A stretch of DNA of 64,000 nt from Ranitomeya imitator (Eukaryota). Below the pieces are notes generated by a model. The model was not told the DNA's origin. It did not search any database and saw nothing but the letters and a program-made list of their open reading frames with translations. Position 1 is the stretch's first letter. The number at the start of each line of letters is the position of its first letter. The position numbers and the translations under genes were made by a program. Location of the stretch: positions 2,728,001 to 2,792,000 of the forward strand of contig NC_091282.1 of NCBI RefSeq assembly GCF_032444005.1. Reading direction: 5' to 3'. Shown piece by piece: positions 1-12,139 of the stretch.

Positions 1-308
1 TCAGTGGGGCGAAGTTTCCTGCTGGCGTAAGCGATTACTCTCTCCTTGCCCTTCTGGACCTGGAACAGCACAGCTCCCAGACCCACGTTGCTGGCATCCG
101 TATACAATACAAACGGTTGGTCGTATTCCGGGTAGGCTAGTACTTCCTCTCCCGTCAGTACCGATTTCAAGCAAGTGAACGATCCTTCCAGTCCGTCGTT
201 CCAATCCAACGGGGCATTCTTATCCTTGGGTTTCTTGGGCTGGCCCACCAACAGGTCTTGCAACGGCGCGGCCTTCTTGGCGAAGTCCTTGATAAACCTC
301 CGGTAGTA
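1..308 (-). pseudogene. pol: Gypsy element A pol, RT-connection/RNase H part downstream of the CR1 insertion; continues off the left edge
   Basis: Manual minus-strand translation gives YYRRFIKDFAKKAAPL...YTDASNVGLGAVL...VIAYASRKL, the Ty3/Gypsy RNase H. It is collinear with ...EVRQFLGLVG at ~4626-4660. Confidence 0.9.
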
Positions 309-407
309 ACATAGTAACACAGTTAGGCCGAAAAAAGACATTTGTCCATCCAGTTCAGCCTATATTCCATCATAATAAATCCCCAGATCTCCGTCCTTCT
401 ACAGAAC

Positions 408-3186
408 CTAATAATTGTATGATACAATATTGTTCTGCTCCAGGAAGACATCCAGGCCTCTCTTGAACCCCTCGACTGAGTTCGCCATCACCACCTCCTC
501 AGGCAAGCAATTCCAGATTCTTACCGCCCTAACAGTAAAGAATCCTCTTCTATGTTGGTGGAAAAACCTTCTCTCCTCCAGACGCAAAGAATGCCCCCTT
601 GTGCCCGTCACCTTCCTTGGTATAAACAGATCCCCAGCGAGATATTTGTATTGTCCCCTTATATACTTATACATGGTTATTAGATCGCCCCTCAGTCATC
701 TTTTTTCTAGACTAAATAATCCTAATTTCGCTAATCTATCTGGGTATTGTAGTCCCCCCATCCCCTTTATTAATTTTGTTGCCCTCCTTTGTACTCTCTC
801 TAGTTCCATTATATCCTTCCTGAGCACCGGTGCCCAAAACTGGACACAGTACTCCATGTGCGGTCTAACTAGTGATTTGTACAGAGGCAGTATAATGCTC
901 TCATCATGTGTATCCAGACCTCTTTTAATGCACCCCATGATCCTGTTTGCCTTGGCAGCTGCTGCCTGGCACTGGCTGCTCCAGGTAAGTTTATCATTAA
1001 CTAGGATCCCCAAGTCCTTCTCCCTGTCAGATTTACCCAGTGGTTTCCCATTCAGTGTGTAATGGTGATAGATTCCTTCTTCCCATGTGTATAACCTTAC
1101 ATTTATCATTGTTAAACCTCATCTGCCACCTTTCAGCCCAAGTTTCCAACTTATCCAGATCCATCTGTAGCAGAATACTATCTTCTCTTGTATTAACTGC
1201 TTTACATAGTTTTGTATCATCTGCAAATATCGATATTTTATTGTGTAAACCTTCTACCAGATCATTAATGAATATGTTGAAGAGAACAGGTCCCAATACT
1301 GACCCCTGCGGTACCCCACTGGTCACAGCGACCCAGTTAGAGACTATACCATTTATAATCACCCTCTGCTTTCTATCACTAAGCCAGTTACTAACCCATT
1401 TACACACATTTTCCCCCAGACCAAGCATTCTCATTTTGTGTACCAACCTCTTGTGCGGCACGGTATCAAACGCTTTGGAAAAATCGAGATATACCACGTC
1501 CAATGACTCACCGTGGTCCAGCCTATAGCTTACCTCTTCATAAAAACTGATTAGATTGGTTTGACAGGAGCGATTTCTCATAAACCCATGCTGATATGGA
1601 GTTAAACAGTTATTCTCATTGAGATAATCCAGAATAACATCCCTCAGAAACCCTTCAAATATTTTACCAACAATAGAGGTTAGACTTACTGGCCTATAAT
1701 TTCCAGGTTCACTTTTAGAGCCCTTTTTGAATATTGGCACCACATTTGCTATGCGCCAGTCCTGCGGAACAGACCCTGTCGCTATAGAGTCCCTAAAAAT
1801 AAGAAATAATGGTTTATCTATTACATTACTTAGTTCTCTTAGTACTCGTGGGTGTATGCCATCCGGACCCGGAGATTTATCTATTTTAATCTTATTTAGC
1901 CGGTTTCGCACCTCTTCTTGGGTTAGATTGGTGACCCTTAATATAGGGTTTTCATTGTTTCTTGGGATTTCACCTAGCATTTCATTTTCCACCGTGAATA
2001 CCGTGGAGAAGAAGGTGTTTAATATGTTAGCTTTTTCCTCGTCATCTACAACCATTCTTTCCTCACTATTTTTTAAGGGGCCTACATTTTCAGTTTTTAT
2101 TCTTTTACTATTGATATAGTTGAAGAACAGTTTGGGATTAGTTTTACTCTCCTTAGCAATGTGCTTCTTTGTTTCCTTTTTGGCAGCTTTAATTAGTTTT
2201 TTAGATAAAGTATTTTTCTCCCTATAGTTTTTTAGAGCTTCAATGGTGCCATCCTGCTTTAGTAGTGCAAATGCTTTCTTTTTACTGTTAATTGCCTGTC
2301 TTACTTCTTTGTTTAGCCACATTGGGTTTTTCCTATTTCTAGTCCTTTTATTCCCACAAAGTATAAACCGCTTACACTGCCTATTTAGGATGTTCTTAAA
2401 CATTTCCCATTTATTATCTGTATTCTTATTTCTGAGGATATTGTCCCAGTCTACCAGATTAAGGGCATCTCTAAGCTGTTCAAACTTTGCCTTCCTAAAG
2501 TTCAGTGTTTTTGGAACTCCCTGACAAGTCCCCCTAGTGAAAGACAGGTGAAACTGTACAATATTGTGGTCGCCATTTCCTAGATGCCCAACCACCTGCA
2601 GATTTGTTATTCTGTCAGGTCTATTAGATAGTATTAGGTCTAAAAGTGCTGCTCCTCTGGTTGGATTCTGCACCAATTGTGAAAGATAATTTTTCTTGGT
2701 TATTAGCAGAAACCTGTTGCCTTTATGGGTTTCACAGGTTTCTGTTTCCCAGTTAATATCCGGGTAGTTAAAGTCCCCCATAACCAGGACCTCATTATGA
2801 GTTGCAGCTTCATCTATCTGCTTTAGAAGTAGACTTTCCATGGTTTCTGTTATATTTGGGGGTTTGTAACAGACCCCAATGAGAATTTTGTTACCATTTT
2901 TCCCTCCATGAATTTCGACCCATATGGACTCGACATCCTCATTCCCTTCGCTAATATCCTCCCTTAAAGTGGACTTTAGACAAGACATTACATAGAGACA
3001 AACCCCTCCTCCTCTCCGATTTTTACCATCCTTTCTAAACAGACTGTAACCCTGTAAGTTAACTGCCCAGTCATAGCTTTCATCTAACCATGTCTCGGTT
3101 ATTCCCACTATGTCAAAGTTACCTGTAGATATTTCTGCTTCTAGTTCTTCCATCTTGTTTGTCAGGCTTCTGGCGTTTGCGAGCAT
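408..3186 (-). pseudogene. CR1 copy 1 ORF2 (APE endonuclease + RT), with a frameshift near 1070 and a premature stop near 696
   Basis: Motifs NARSL, GITETW, MGDFN, SDH-like GDH, DFSKAFD, QGSVLGP and IFADD are present. The protein is split over ORFs 1033-3477, 696-1109 and 408-674. Confidence 0.92.
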
Positions 3187-3323
3187 GCAGTTTAGAGGAT
3201 TTTGTTTTGTTCTAATCTCCTTGGTGTGGATTGTTTTAGAAATGTTCTTACCTCCCTTCTGAGTAAGTTTTCTTGGGTCGTCTTTGTTCGAGTCTAATGT
3301 TTTTCTTCCCGTCCCCTCTTCTT

Positions 3324-4277
3324 CTAGTTTAACGCCCTCCTGATGAGTGTAGCGAGTCTTCTGGCGAATGTGTGTTTCCCAGGTTTGTTGAGGTGTAGTC
3401 CGTCTCTGGCGAGGAGTCCATCGTACAAGTAATTCACACCGTGGTCCAGGAATCCGAATCCTTGTTGTCTGCACCATCGTCTTAGCCAGTTGTTCGCATC
3501 AAGGATCCTGTTCCATCTCCTGATGCCATGCCCGTCTACTGGAAGGATAGAAGAAAAAACTACCTGTGCATCCAGTTCCTTTACTTTCTTCCCCAACTCT
3601 TCAAAGTCTTTGCAGATTGTCGGTAGGTCCTTCCTTGCCGTGTCATTGGTGCCAACATGTATCAGAAGAAATGGGTGGATGTCCTTGGAGCTGAAGAGCT
3701 TTGGTATCCTATCGGTCACATCCTTGATCATCGCACCAGGAAGGCAGCATACTTCTCTTGCGGTTATGTCCGGTCTGCAGATGGCTGCTTCTGTGCCTCT
3801 CAGTAGTGAGTCTCCCACCACCACCACTCTTCGTTGCTTCTTGGCTGTACTTTTTGCTGCCACTTGTTGCTGTGTGCCCTTTTCTTTTTTGCTTGCTGGT
3901 ATTGCTTCATTCTTAGGTGTGCCATCTTCATCCTCTACAAAGATTTGATATCGGTTCTTCAGTTGTGTGGTTGGTGATTTCTCCATGGTCTTCTTGCTTC
4001 TTTTGGTCACATGCTTCCACTCATCTGCTTTTGGAGGTTCTCTGACACTTTTTTCACCTTCTGTGACTAGTAGAGATGCTTCTGTTCTGTCTAGAAAGTC
4101 TTCATTCTCTTTGATGAGTTTCAAAGTTGCTATTCTTTCTTCCAGACCCCGCACCTTTTCTTCTAAAAGGGCCATTAGTCTACACTTCTGACAGGTGAAA
4201 TTTGATTCTTCTTCTGGTCGATCTGTGAACATGTAGCACATGCTGCAGCTCACCATGTAGGTTGTCACATCTGCCAT
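3324..4277 (-). CDS. CR1 copy 1 ORF1p (N-terminal Cys zinc finger, coiled coil, SGNH/GDSL esterase domain), 317 aa
   Basis: CSMC...CQKC, VVVVGDSLLRG, HVGTND and DGLHL motifs. Esterase domains are established for CR1-clade ORF1. Confidence 0.92.
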   Translation of the reverse strand: MADVTTYMVSCSMCYMFTDRPEEESNFTCQKCRLMALLEEKVRGLEERIATLKLIKENEDFLDRTEASLLVTEGEKSVREPPKADEWKHVTKRSKKTMEKSPTTQLKNRYQIFVEDEDGTPKNEAIPASKKEKGTQQQVAAKSTAKKQRRVVVVGDSLLRGTEAAICRPDITAREVCCLPGAMIKDVTDRIPKLFSSKDIHPFLLIHVGTNDTARKDLPTICKDFEELGKKVKELDAQVVFSSILPVDGHGIRRWNRILDANNWLRRWCRQQGFGFLDHGVNYLYDGLLARDGLHLNKPGKHTFARRLATLIRRALN

Positions 4278-4371
4278 GTTGCTCCTAGATCCTGCTGACT
4301 TGCTGTGTGTTTTCCTTCTTGTGTAATCTACTCAGCCAAGCTCTCTTGCAATAATGTCCTACAGGCAAAAA

Positions 4372-4619
4372 TGGTGATGCTTTCCAAGCAGCTGGTCCCG
4401 GCTGTACCCAACGATCTTCTTGCTTAGGGAGACTCTTCGCTTTTCCCAGAAGGCACCTGGAATATGCAAATTATCCTCCTCAAGCTTGAATCCCTGGTTT
4501 GGTGATGCTTTCCAAGCAGCTGGTCCCGGCTGTACCCAACGATCTTCTTGCTTAGGGAGACTCTTCGCTTTTCCCAGAAGGCACCTGGAATATGCAAATT
4601 ATCCTCCTCAAGCTTGAAT
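4372..4619 (-). repeat. About two copies of a 128-bp 5' monomer of CR1 copy 1
   Basis: tggtgatgctttccaag occurs at 4372 and at 4500 (period 128). Confidence 0.92.
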
Positions 4620-4625
4620 ACAGGA

Positions 4626-6310
4626 GCCCACCAACCCGAGGAACTGCCGGACTTCATGGAGGTTACCGGTCCTTGATCACCGTGACCTTGTCGGGGTCTG
4701 GGGCCACTCCTTCAGCGCTCACCACATGACCCAGGTACTGCACTTTGGGTTTGAGCAGATGGCATTTGGACGGTTTCACCTTTAAGCCAAAGTTGGACAG
4801 AGCTTCAAACACCTCGGCCAGGTGCTTCAGATGGTCTTCATAGGTCTTAGAGAAGACAATGACATCGTCCAGATACAGCAGCACGGTCTCAAAGTTCTTG
4901 TGTCCCAAACAGCACTCCATCATCCTCTGGAACGTCCCCGGGGCATTACACAATCCGAAGGGCATGTAGTTGAACTCGCAGAGGCCCACCGGCGTTGTGA
5001 AGGCCGTCTTTTCCTTGTCCGCCTCTGCCACGGGAACCTGCCAGTACCCACTGGTGAGATCCAAGGTAGAGAAGTAATTAGCAGACTTTAACGCAGCCAA
5101 GGACTCCTCTATCCTAGGCAGGGGGTATGCATCCTTATGTGTAATGCGGTTTAGTTGCCTATAATCCACACACATCCTCATGGTGCCATCTTTCTTCCTA
5201 ACGAGGACTAATGGAGCTGCCCAGGGGCTACAGCTGTCTCTCACTACCCCAGCCTCCTTCATCTCTCGTAACATGTCCTTGGCACACTGATAATGAGCTG
5301 GGGGTACAGGACGGTATCTTTCTTTTACGGGTGGGTGATCTCCTGTGGGAATATGGTGTTGAATCCCTTTTACCCGCCCGAAATCAAGGGGGTGTTTGCT
5401 GAATACCCGCTCATACTCGTGAATCACCCTGTAGGCCCCCTGTATCTGGTGAGATGGAGTAGCATCAGTGCCCACATGTAATTCCTGACACCAATCTTTT
5501 GATTGCTCTGCAGAGCCGTTGTCCTCCGCCGACTTGGACGGAGCCAAGGGCCCGGGTGCCTGTATCACACTATTATTAACAGTAAACAGCTTGGCAAGTG
5601 TGACATATTTGGTTAGGTGGACTTCCTCCTCCCCGCAGTTAAGAACATGCACCGGCACCCTCCCCTTGCGGACGTCAACCACCCCTCTGGCTGTCAGGAG
5701 GGTAGGCCTATTATCCGAATACACGGGTTCTACCAGGGCCTGATAGTCTTTACCCCCGAGACCTATGGCTGCCCGACACCATATTAACATTTCACTCCTG
5801 GGGGGGTATTGCAATGGGGTTCGAATCACTCACTGTGACCCGGCCAATTTCACCACCAGTGAGCTCCACTTTCTGTCTCCGCATTAGGGCTCTGATTTCT
5901 TTCTGCAAGGCACGCTGTTCACTGTGACCAGCTGTCTCTGCTACTTTCTGCAACAAGACAATAACTTCTGCAAGACAATTTTCTATGACATTAGTACCGA
6001 TGGTCATCATGGGGTTACATTCACGCCGGTCAATATCAACAATGACAATTCCCTGGGCCTCCAATTCTACCCGCCCCACCTTAATAGTGACCTCTTTATA
6101 CCCCACTTGCGGCAGCAGCTGACCATTGCTAGCTATTATGGTAAAATCATCATCGGGGCCACGGGTAATATCAGTGTCCTCCCAATAACGCCTATAAAGA
6201 ATATAGGGCATAGTTGTCACCTGGGAACCGGTGTCCAGCAAAGCGTTCAGGGGGATACCGTCGATCATGATGGGGAGAACTGGTTGCCCTCCGATGTATT
6301 TTGGCTCTCC
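4626..6310 (-). pseudogene. pol: Gypsy element A pol: protease + RT, with frameshifts
   Basis: LLDTGSQVT protease motif (5792-6268). SPWAAPLVLVRKKDGTMRMCVDYRQLN, MPFGLCNAPGTFQR and YLDDV are in ORF 4663-5829. Confidence 0.93.
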
Positions 6311-6331
6311 AATTTTGCGGGCCTGACCGTT

Positions 6332-7429
6332 CTACTCCTGGGGGTTGGCCCTCTGCCCCAGGGGTTGCTCGTTTAACTGACAGTACCTTGCAAGATGGCC
6401 CACCTGGTGGCAGCGGCGGCAGATAGGTCGTCCATCCCGATGAAAGCGATCGTCGTCTCTGCCTTTGGTCGACGGAACTCTCCTTGGTCGCTGCCAGGGG
6501 ACATCCTCCGATCTGGAAGCCAGCTAGGTCTTCTCCTTGGGGGCCTCCTGTAGGGACTGGACGGTCTGGGCTAGGGCAGCAACGCTCCTGGTCAGTTCCT
6601 GTATCTGGAGGCGCAGTCCTGCAGGGAAGTCTTCCAAGGTCTGGGCCTCGGCGGAAACAGGTGCGTTCGGCGCCACTTCCTGGTGGTACGTGAGGGCTTG
6701 ACGCCTGGGAAGTGCGGCACGGCTGGGCTGTCGCTCTGATAGTGCCTGGATGGCTTTATCTTTGAATTGCGCAAAAGTCAGGTCTGGATTCTGCATGGCC
6801 AGGAAGTGTAGCTGGGCCCTTTGGTTACTGCACAGGAGCCCCTCGATGAACCGCTCCTTCAGGAGTTTATCTTCATCTTGCATGCTGTTTGGGTCACTTT
6901 GCTTGATGGCCCGCAGCGCCTCCTGAAGATTAAGGGCATAGTCCCATAAGCTATCCTGCGGCCTCTGCTTGCACCCATAGAACATCAATTTAATTTCCGT
7001 AGCGGGGCGGGTGTCAAAGGTGGTTTTAAGCTTTGCAAATACCAGTTGCGCAGTTTTCTTATCCGCAACGGGCCAGGACTTTACTTCCCTCAATGCCGCT
7101 TCAAAGAGTTGGCCGGTTATCATATGAACTTTCTGAGGCTCCGTCAAGGGATAAAACTCGAGCAGGCTACAAATCCCTTCTTTAAAGTCAGTTAACGTAT
7201 GGGCTTCTCCGGAGTATCGCGGGAGCCAGGCGGCCCCAGGTAGGTACGGCATAGAGAAGGGCATTATGGCTGCTGTAGCTGCGGCAGTGTCCGGCTGGTT
7301 GATGGGAGCGGCAAGCGCCGCAGCATCCGGCGGTGATACCAGGCCCGTAGCTGCGTCTACTACGGAATCTGGAAGTGTTCCCGAGTCTGCAGCTGTGGCC
7401 GCTGCCTCCGCTCTTCCAGGATCCGACAT
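6332..7429 (-). pseudogene. gag: Gypsy element A gag, frameshifted, with C-terminal CCHC knuckle
   Basis: ORF 6524-7429 has LPRYSG and a helical capsid-like region. A CRRCHQVGHLARYC knuckle reads manually at ~6380-6420. It lies between the PBS and pol. Confidence 0.8.
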
Positions 7430-7685
7430 GGCCGTTCTTTACCCTCTGCTAACCTCCCGGGGTCGGGGTTCTTCTTCCGGGGTCGGGGTTCTCCTTCCGG
7501 GATCGGCACCTCACGGCGTCTTCCCGCTCCGCACTCTTTTCCAGCCGGCTCCACCCACGAAGCTATGGCTCCTCCCCTCGCGCTCCACACGGAGCGGCAA
7601 ATAGCGATACACCGTCTTTGCAATAAGTCACAGTTCAATCACAGTTCCAAGGCACACATGACCTGATCCTTCAGGCTTAAGTACA

Positions 7686-7703
7686 ATCCTGTTCGTGATG
7701 CCA
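7686..7703 (-). promoter_or_regulatory. Primer-binding site, probably tRNA-Ser(CGA)
   Basis: The plus strand reads ATCCTGTTCGTGATGCCA, 3 nt from the LTR. This matches the vertebrate tRNA-Ser(CGA) 3' end ATCCTGTTCGTGACGCCA (recalled from memory) with one CpG-type mismatch. Confidence 0.7.
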
Positions 7704-7706
7704 AGT

Positions 7707-8363
7707 TGGAGCGCCCCCAGACGCAGGGCCGCGGGGTACTCGGTCCGGGGTTGTCACGGTGGCTAGACCCGGTCCGTGACCCTGCTAAGGGGCCTCCTAT
7801 GTCCGTTTAGGTGATTTAAGTTAGACAGCCAACCTGTAATTAACTGTCCTGCCGCTGTTTGAAGTAATGCGTAGAGTCTGTTACTTCCTCGGTGCTCCGG
7901 CCATCGGCTACGCGCCTCAGAAGGATGTTGCCACAGTCTTAGGGACACGACTCCTTCTGTTTCTATCTCCTTCGTACTATGATCCCGCTTCTCACTTCTC
8001 CACAATATACTTCGCTTTGTGTCCTTCCTTGAGATGCCGCCGCAAGGTAGTGCAGGCGCGGCTCCGTAACAATCTGTATTTTCTGCTAGGTACCTGCCAG
8101 GTTCCCACTTCTGACAGGTCCTCTCCCGAGCTCTCCCGGGCTGCTTTCTGCCTAACTTTCTGTCCAACCCTCAGTTTTACCAGAGTGTGAGGAGTGGCCT
8201 AATACATAGAGCCTTTTGCTCCCCCTGGTGGCCGGAGTGTGAAGTGTAATGTGTAACTGTGATACCTGGTCAGGTGAACTCCTTTAGTGCAATCAGACAT
8301 AACATCACTCCCCTTAGTGGCAGAGCGACATTACTGCAACGACCAGGACTCTGGGGCGCTGCA
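7707..8363 (-). mobile_element. 5' LTR of Gypsy element A
   Basis: Termini TGGAGCGCCCC...GGGGCGCTGCA form an inverted repeat with one mismatch. It is adjacent to the PBS. Confidence 0.85.
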
Positions 8364-8689
8364 GATATGTTTGGGGTAGTCAGGATTTGGACCCACCAGT
8401 CACCTGGCTCCACGGAGATGTTCGGAGAAGGCAGGTTGTCACCCTCCGGTCAGCTTGCATTGTATCTCAATGGATTGTCAGCTTCCTAAGCTTGTCTCCA
8501 CAGCAGTGTAACTCTGATAGAGGGCAGGAGACGCAGTGTATCTGATGTGGTGGGAGACGCAGGGCAGCTATGATAGAAAGCTGTCATGAGAGGCCTCATA
8601 TTTGTGACGGAAAGGGGGCTGTAGAGGTCTCACATCTACAGCAGAAAGGTGGCAGGAGATGCAGTGCAGCTGTGACAGAAAGGTGTCAG

Positions 8690-9378
8690 GAGATCCAGTG
8701 CAGCTACGACAGAAAGGTGTCAGGAGATCCAGTGCAGCTGCGACGGAAAAGTGTCGGGAGATGCATCGCTGCTGTGATGGAAAGGCGTCGGGAGATGCAT
8801 CGCTGCTGTGATGGAAAGGTGTCGGGAGATACATCGCTGCTGTGATGGAAAGTTGTCGAGATGCATCGCTGCTGTGATGGAAAGGTGTCGGGAGACGCAT
8901 CGCTGCTGCGATGGAAAGGTGTCGAGATGCATCGCTGCTGTGATGGAAAGGTGTCGGGAGACGCATCGCTGCTGTGATGGAAAGGTGTCGGGAGACGCAT
9001 TGCTGCTGTGATGGAAAGGTGTCGGGAGACGCATCGCTGCTGTGATGGAAAGGTGTCGGGAGACGCATCGCTGCTGAGATGGAAAGATGTCGGGAGACGC
9101 ATCGCTGCTGAGATGGAAAGGTGTCGGGAGACGCATCGCTGCTGCGATGGAAAGGTGTCGGGAGACGCATCGCTGCTGCGATGGAAAGGTGTCGGGAGAC
9201 GCATCGCTGCTGCGATGGAAAGGTGTCGGGAGACGCATCGCTGCTGCGATGGAAAGGTGTCGGGAGACGCATCGCTGCTGCGATGGAAAGTTGTCGGGAG
9301 ACGCATCGCTGCTGTGATGGAAAGGTGTCGGGAGATGTATCGCTGCTGTGATGGAAAGGTGTCGGGAGACGCATCGCT
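8690..9378. repeat. 34-bp minisatellite (GGGAGACGCATCGCTGCTGTGATGGAAAGGTGTC), about 20 copies
   Basis: Visible 34-bp period; it explains the overlapping repetitive ORFs at 8568-9412. Confidence 0.93.
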
Positions 9379-10007
9379 ACCAAGCGAGTTCATCTATGAT
9401 CTGACTGGATAAGCCGGTGTCAGGGGAGCGTCATTGTTCCACACCAAAGCATCCTCAGACGGCAAAGAAATAGGTAGGCCACTTTGGACGAGTCAGAACA
9501 AACTGCTGGTGACACAACTCTATGTGCAGTGCATTGGTTCACAAAACCCAGCAGGCCTCAATGTCTCCATTCTAACAGGCAGGAGGGAGCGAATGTGGAG
9601 CTGTCTCCCAGGCAGAGTGTTGCTGGTGGAGAAGCTGCAGGAGTCTGGTACAGAGCGTCCACACAAGCTTTGAGATTCCCACAGTGCCTGCTAAAGCTGC
9701 CGTTGAACCACCAGACTGGGCAGATCGTCGGTTTCCAAAGGCAGCGGTGTTGTGCCTGCTGCTTGGTCTGGGGACTCTCTACCAGCTCACCAGGTGAGGT
9801 GGATCTGCCAAGCTCTAGCTCTGGGTGGGCACATGGGCCGTAGGCATTGGTGTAATAAGACAAGCGGCCAGCAAGGACTGTAAAGGAGCAGCAGGATGGA
9901 AGAAGCCAGCAGGGATGGTGGAGCACACCTAACATAGGAGACTAGGTCAATCCCAAGACACAGGTGTGTCTACCTGCCTAAAATAGGTCAAAGGGAGATC
10001 GTGTGTG

Positions 10008-10438
10008 TGTAACGGGGTCTACTGTGCTGTAGTACCTCTTTCAGCACCCCCCCGTGTTTCAGGAAGTCCACTCTGCTTTTGCTAGATTCTGAATGAAGGA
10101 CGCTGGCTGGAATTCCTTGATTACGTGAGAGCATATAAAAGGTGACTGCTACTCCACGTATTTCCAGTCTAAAAGAACACACTTTATTCACAGCACACAG
10201 AATATATAACACAGATACACAGGGCAGGCAAATAGAAAAAACAGGCCAGACATACATTACAATAGCCGCAGGGGGCCGGAGCCTGCTGATATTTACTGTG
10301 GGAATTACAAAGGTGGGGGAGGACAGAAGGGGAATATCTTGTCCAGGGGCGCAGCCTGTGGACTGATGCATTTCACATGGAAACTATTATACATACATAC
10401 ACTGCATAACATTCTTGGTGCTGGGGGGTTCTGTAACA
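10008..10438 (-). mobile_element. 3' LTR of Gypsy element B
   Basis: Termini are TGTAAC.GGG...GGGGTTCTGTAACA (TG...CA). tttatt (AATAAA on the minus strand) is internal. A polypurine tract directly precedes it on the minus strand. Confidence 0.85.
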
Positions 10439-10452
10439 CGGCTCCCCTTTTC
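10439..10452 (-). promoter_or_regulatory. Polypurine tract of Gypsy element B
   Basis: The minus strand reads GAAAAGGGGAGCCG immediately 5' of the LTR start TGTTACA. Confidence 0.75.
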
Positions 10453-10513
10453 AGCGACGCGATCGGCATACACAGTCTGATCCTTAACGGATCGGTTTGG
10501 GGATGACCGAAGT

Positions 10514-11875
10514 TTATGGGGTTGGTACAAGTTCCATTTGTCGACTTAGTCCATCGGCGTTACTGTTTTGTTTGCCGGGTCTGTAGTGGATGGTGAAGTC
10601 CAGAGGTTGTAGGGCTAAACTCCACCGCAGTAATCTGGTGTTGTCTCTGGAGACCTGATTAAGCCAGACTAGGGGATTATGGTCCGTTAGGAGGGAAAAC
10701 TGTCGTCCATACAAATATGGTTGTAACTTTTTGACTGCCCATACTATTGCCAGGCACTCCTTCTCGATGGCCGCATAGCTCACTACACGGGGCAGTAGTT
10801 TCCGACTCAGGTAAGCTACCGGGTGTTCTTGGCTGTCCGGCCCGACTTGGCTTAGTACTGCCCCCAATCCAAACATAGAAGCGTCTGTGTGAACAAGGAA
10901 ACGTTTAGTTGGATCGGGTGCGGCCAATACAGGGGTATTGGTGAGGGCGTCCTTTAGCTGGCGGAAGGCTTCCTCACACTCTGGGGTCCAGGTTACCTGG
11001 CGGGGTTGGTTCTTACGGGTCAGATCAGTGAGGGGCTTGGCTACGCTGCTGTAATTGGGAACGAATTTCCTGTAATACCCCGCTGTCCCTAGAAACGCCA
11101 TGATTTGGGTTTTAGTGCGTGGGGTGGGCCATTTGGCTATGGCCTCAATCTTGGCTGGTTCTGGTCTCTGTTTCCCACTTCCCACCCAATGCCCTAAATA
11201 CTGAACCTCTGCTTTGCCCACGTGACACTTGTTTGGGTTCGGGGTGATTCCGGCCTTGTGGATCCTGTCTAATACTGTCTCTAGATTTAGATGCTCTTCC
11301 CATGTCGCGCTGTAGATGGCGATGTCATCCAGGTAGGCAAACGCATAGTCCTGGAGACCATCCAGAAGCCGGTCAGCCAGCCTCTGGAAGGTCGCCAGGG
11401 CATTCTTCATCCCGAATGGCATAACTCAAAACTGGAATAAGCCGAACGGGGTGACAAATGCCGACTTGGGAATAGCGTCAGGACTAAGGGGAATCTGCCA
11501 GTAGCCTTTGCATAGATCGATGGTGATCAAATACTTTGTCCCTGCCAGCCGGTCTAACAAGTCATCCACACGCGGCATGGGATACGCATCCGTCACTGTT
11601 TTCTCATTGAGCTTACGATAGGCTACACAAAACCGTGTAGTCCCATCCTTCTTGGGCACTAACACTACGGGAGATGCCCAGGGACTATCTGACTCTTCAA
11701 TGACCCCTAAACAGAACATCTCTTGTATCTCTTGTCGCATCCCTTCTCGTACAGACTCAGGGACGCGGAAGGAGGGTTGTCGCAGGGGGGTCTCATCCTG
11801 GGTCCCAACCTTGTGTTGTGCCAGGTGAGTGTACCCTGGTCTCCCCGAAAACATCCTCTGTCGCTGCCTCAACAG
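10514..11875 (-). pseudogene. pol: Gypsy element B pol (RT-RNase H), frameshifted and 5'-truncated, ending right after RNase H
   Basis: SPWASPVVLVPKKDG, MPFGMKNA, YLDD, HTDAS, EKECLAI, TDHNPL and NADGLSR, then a stop within 8 codons. Confidence 0.9.
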
Positions 11876-12139
11876 TGTGATTAATCCATACTGGGCAATT
11901 TGTTAAACCAGACATGGAGCACAGCAGCGGGGAAGGGAGCAGAGCCCGGGATACGGGGACAGGTTCCTTGTGTTGTGCAAATACCGAAGTGCCGCACCTC
12001 ACTTTCTGACATACAGCGAGGGGAGATACTGGAGATGGGACCATCCTGCTGGGTGCACCTGGTCGCTGTGGGAGAGGACAAGCTTTACTATGTGTTACTG
12101 TGGGATGCAGGGCCTGCAATGGCCAGGGATGGCGCTATA

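Larger units (their letters stand above)
304..4619 (-). mobile_element. Full-length CR1-clade LINE, copy 1 (two 128-bp 5' monomers, ORF1, disrupted ORF2, (TATGTTAC)n-type tail)
   Basis: The tail reads tagtaacatagtaaca at 304-319 on the plus strand. The ORFs are near-identical to copies 2 and 3. It splits Gypsy pol at GLVG|YYRRF. Confidence 0.95.

Noticed and set aside
415-2524. ORFs antisense to CR1 ORF2, recurring in every copy
   Set aside because: Shadow frames that recur only because the copies are near-identical; they show no domain signal.
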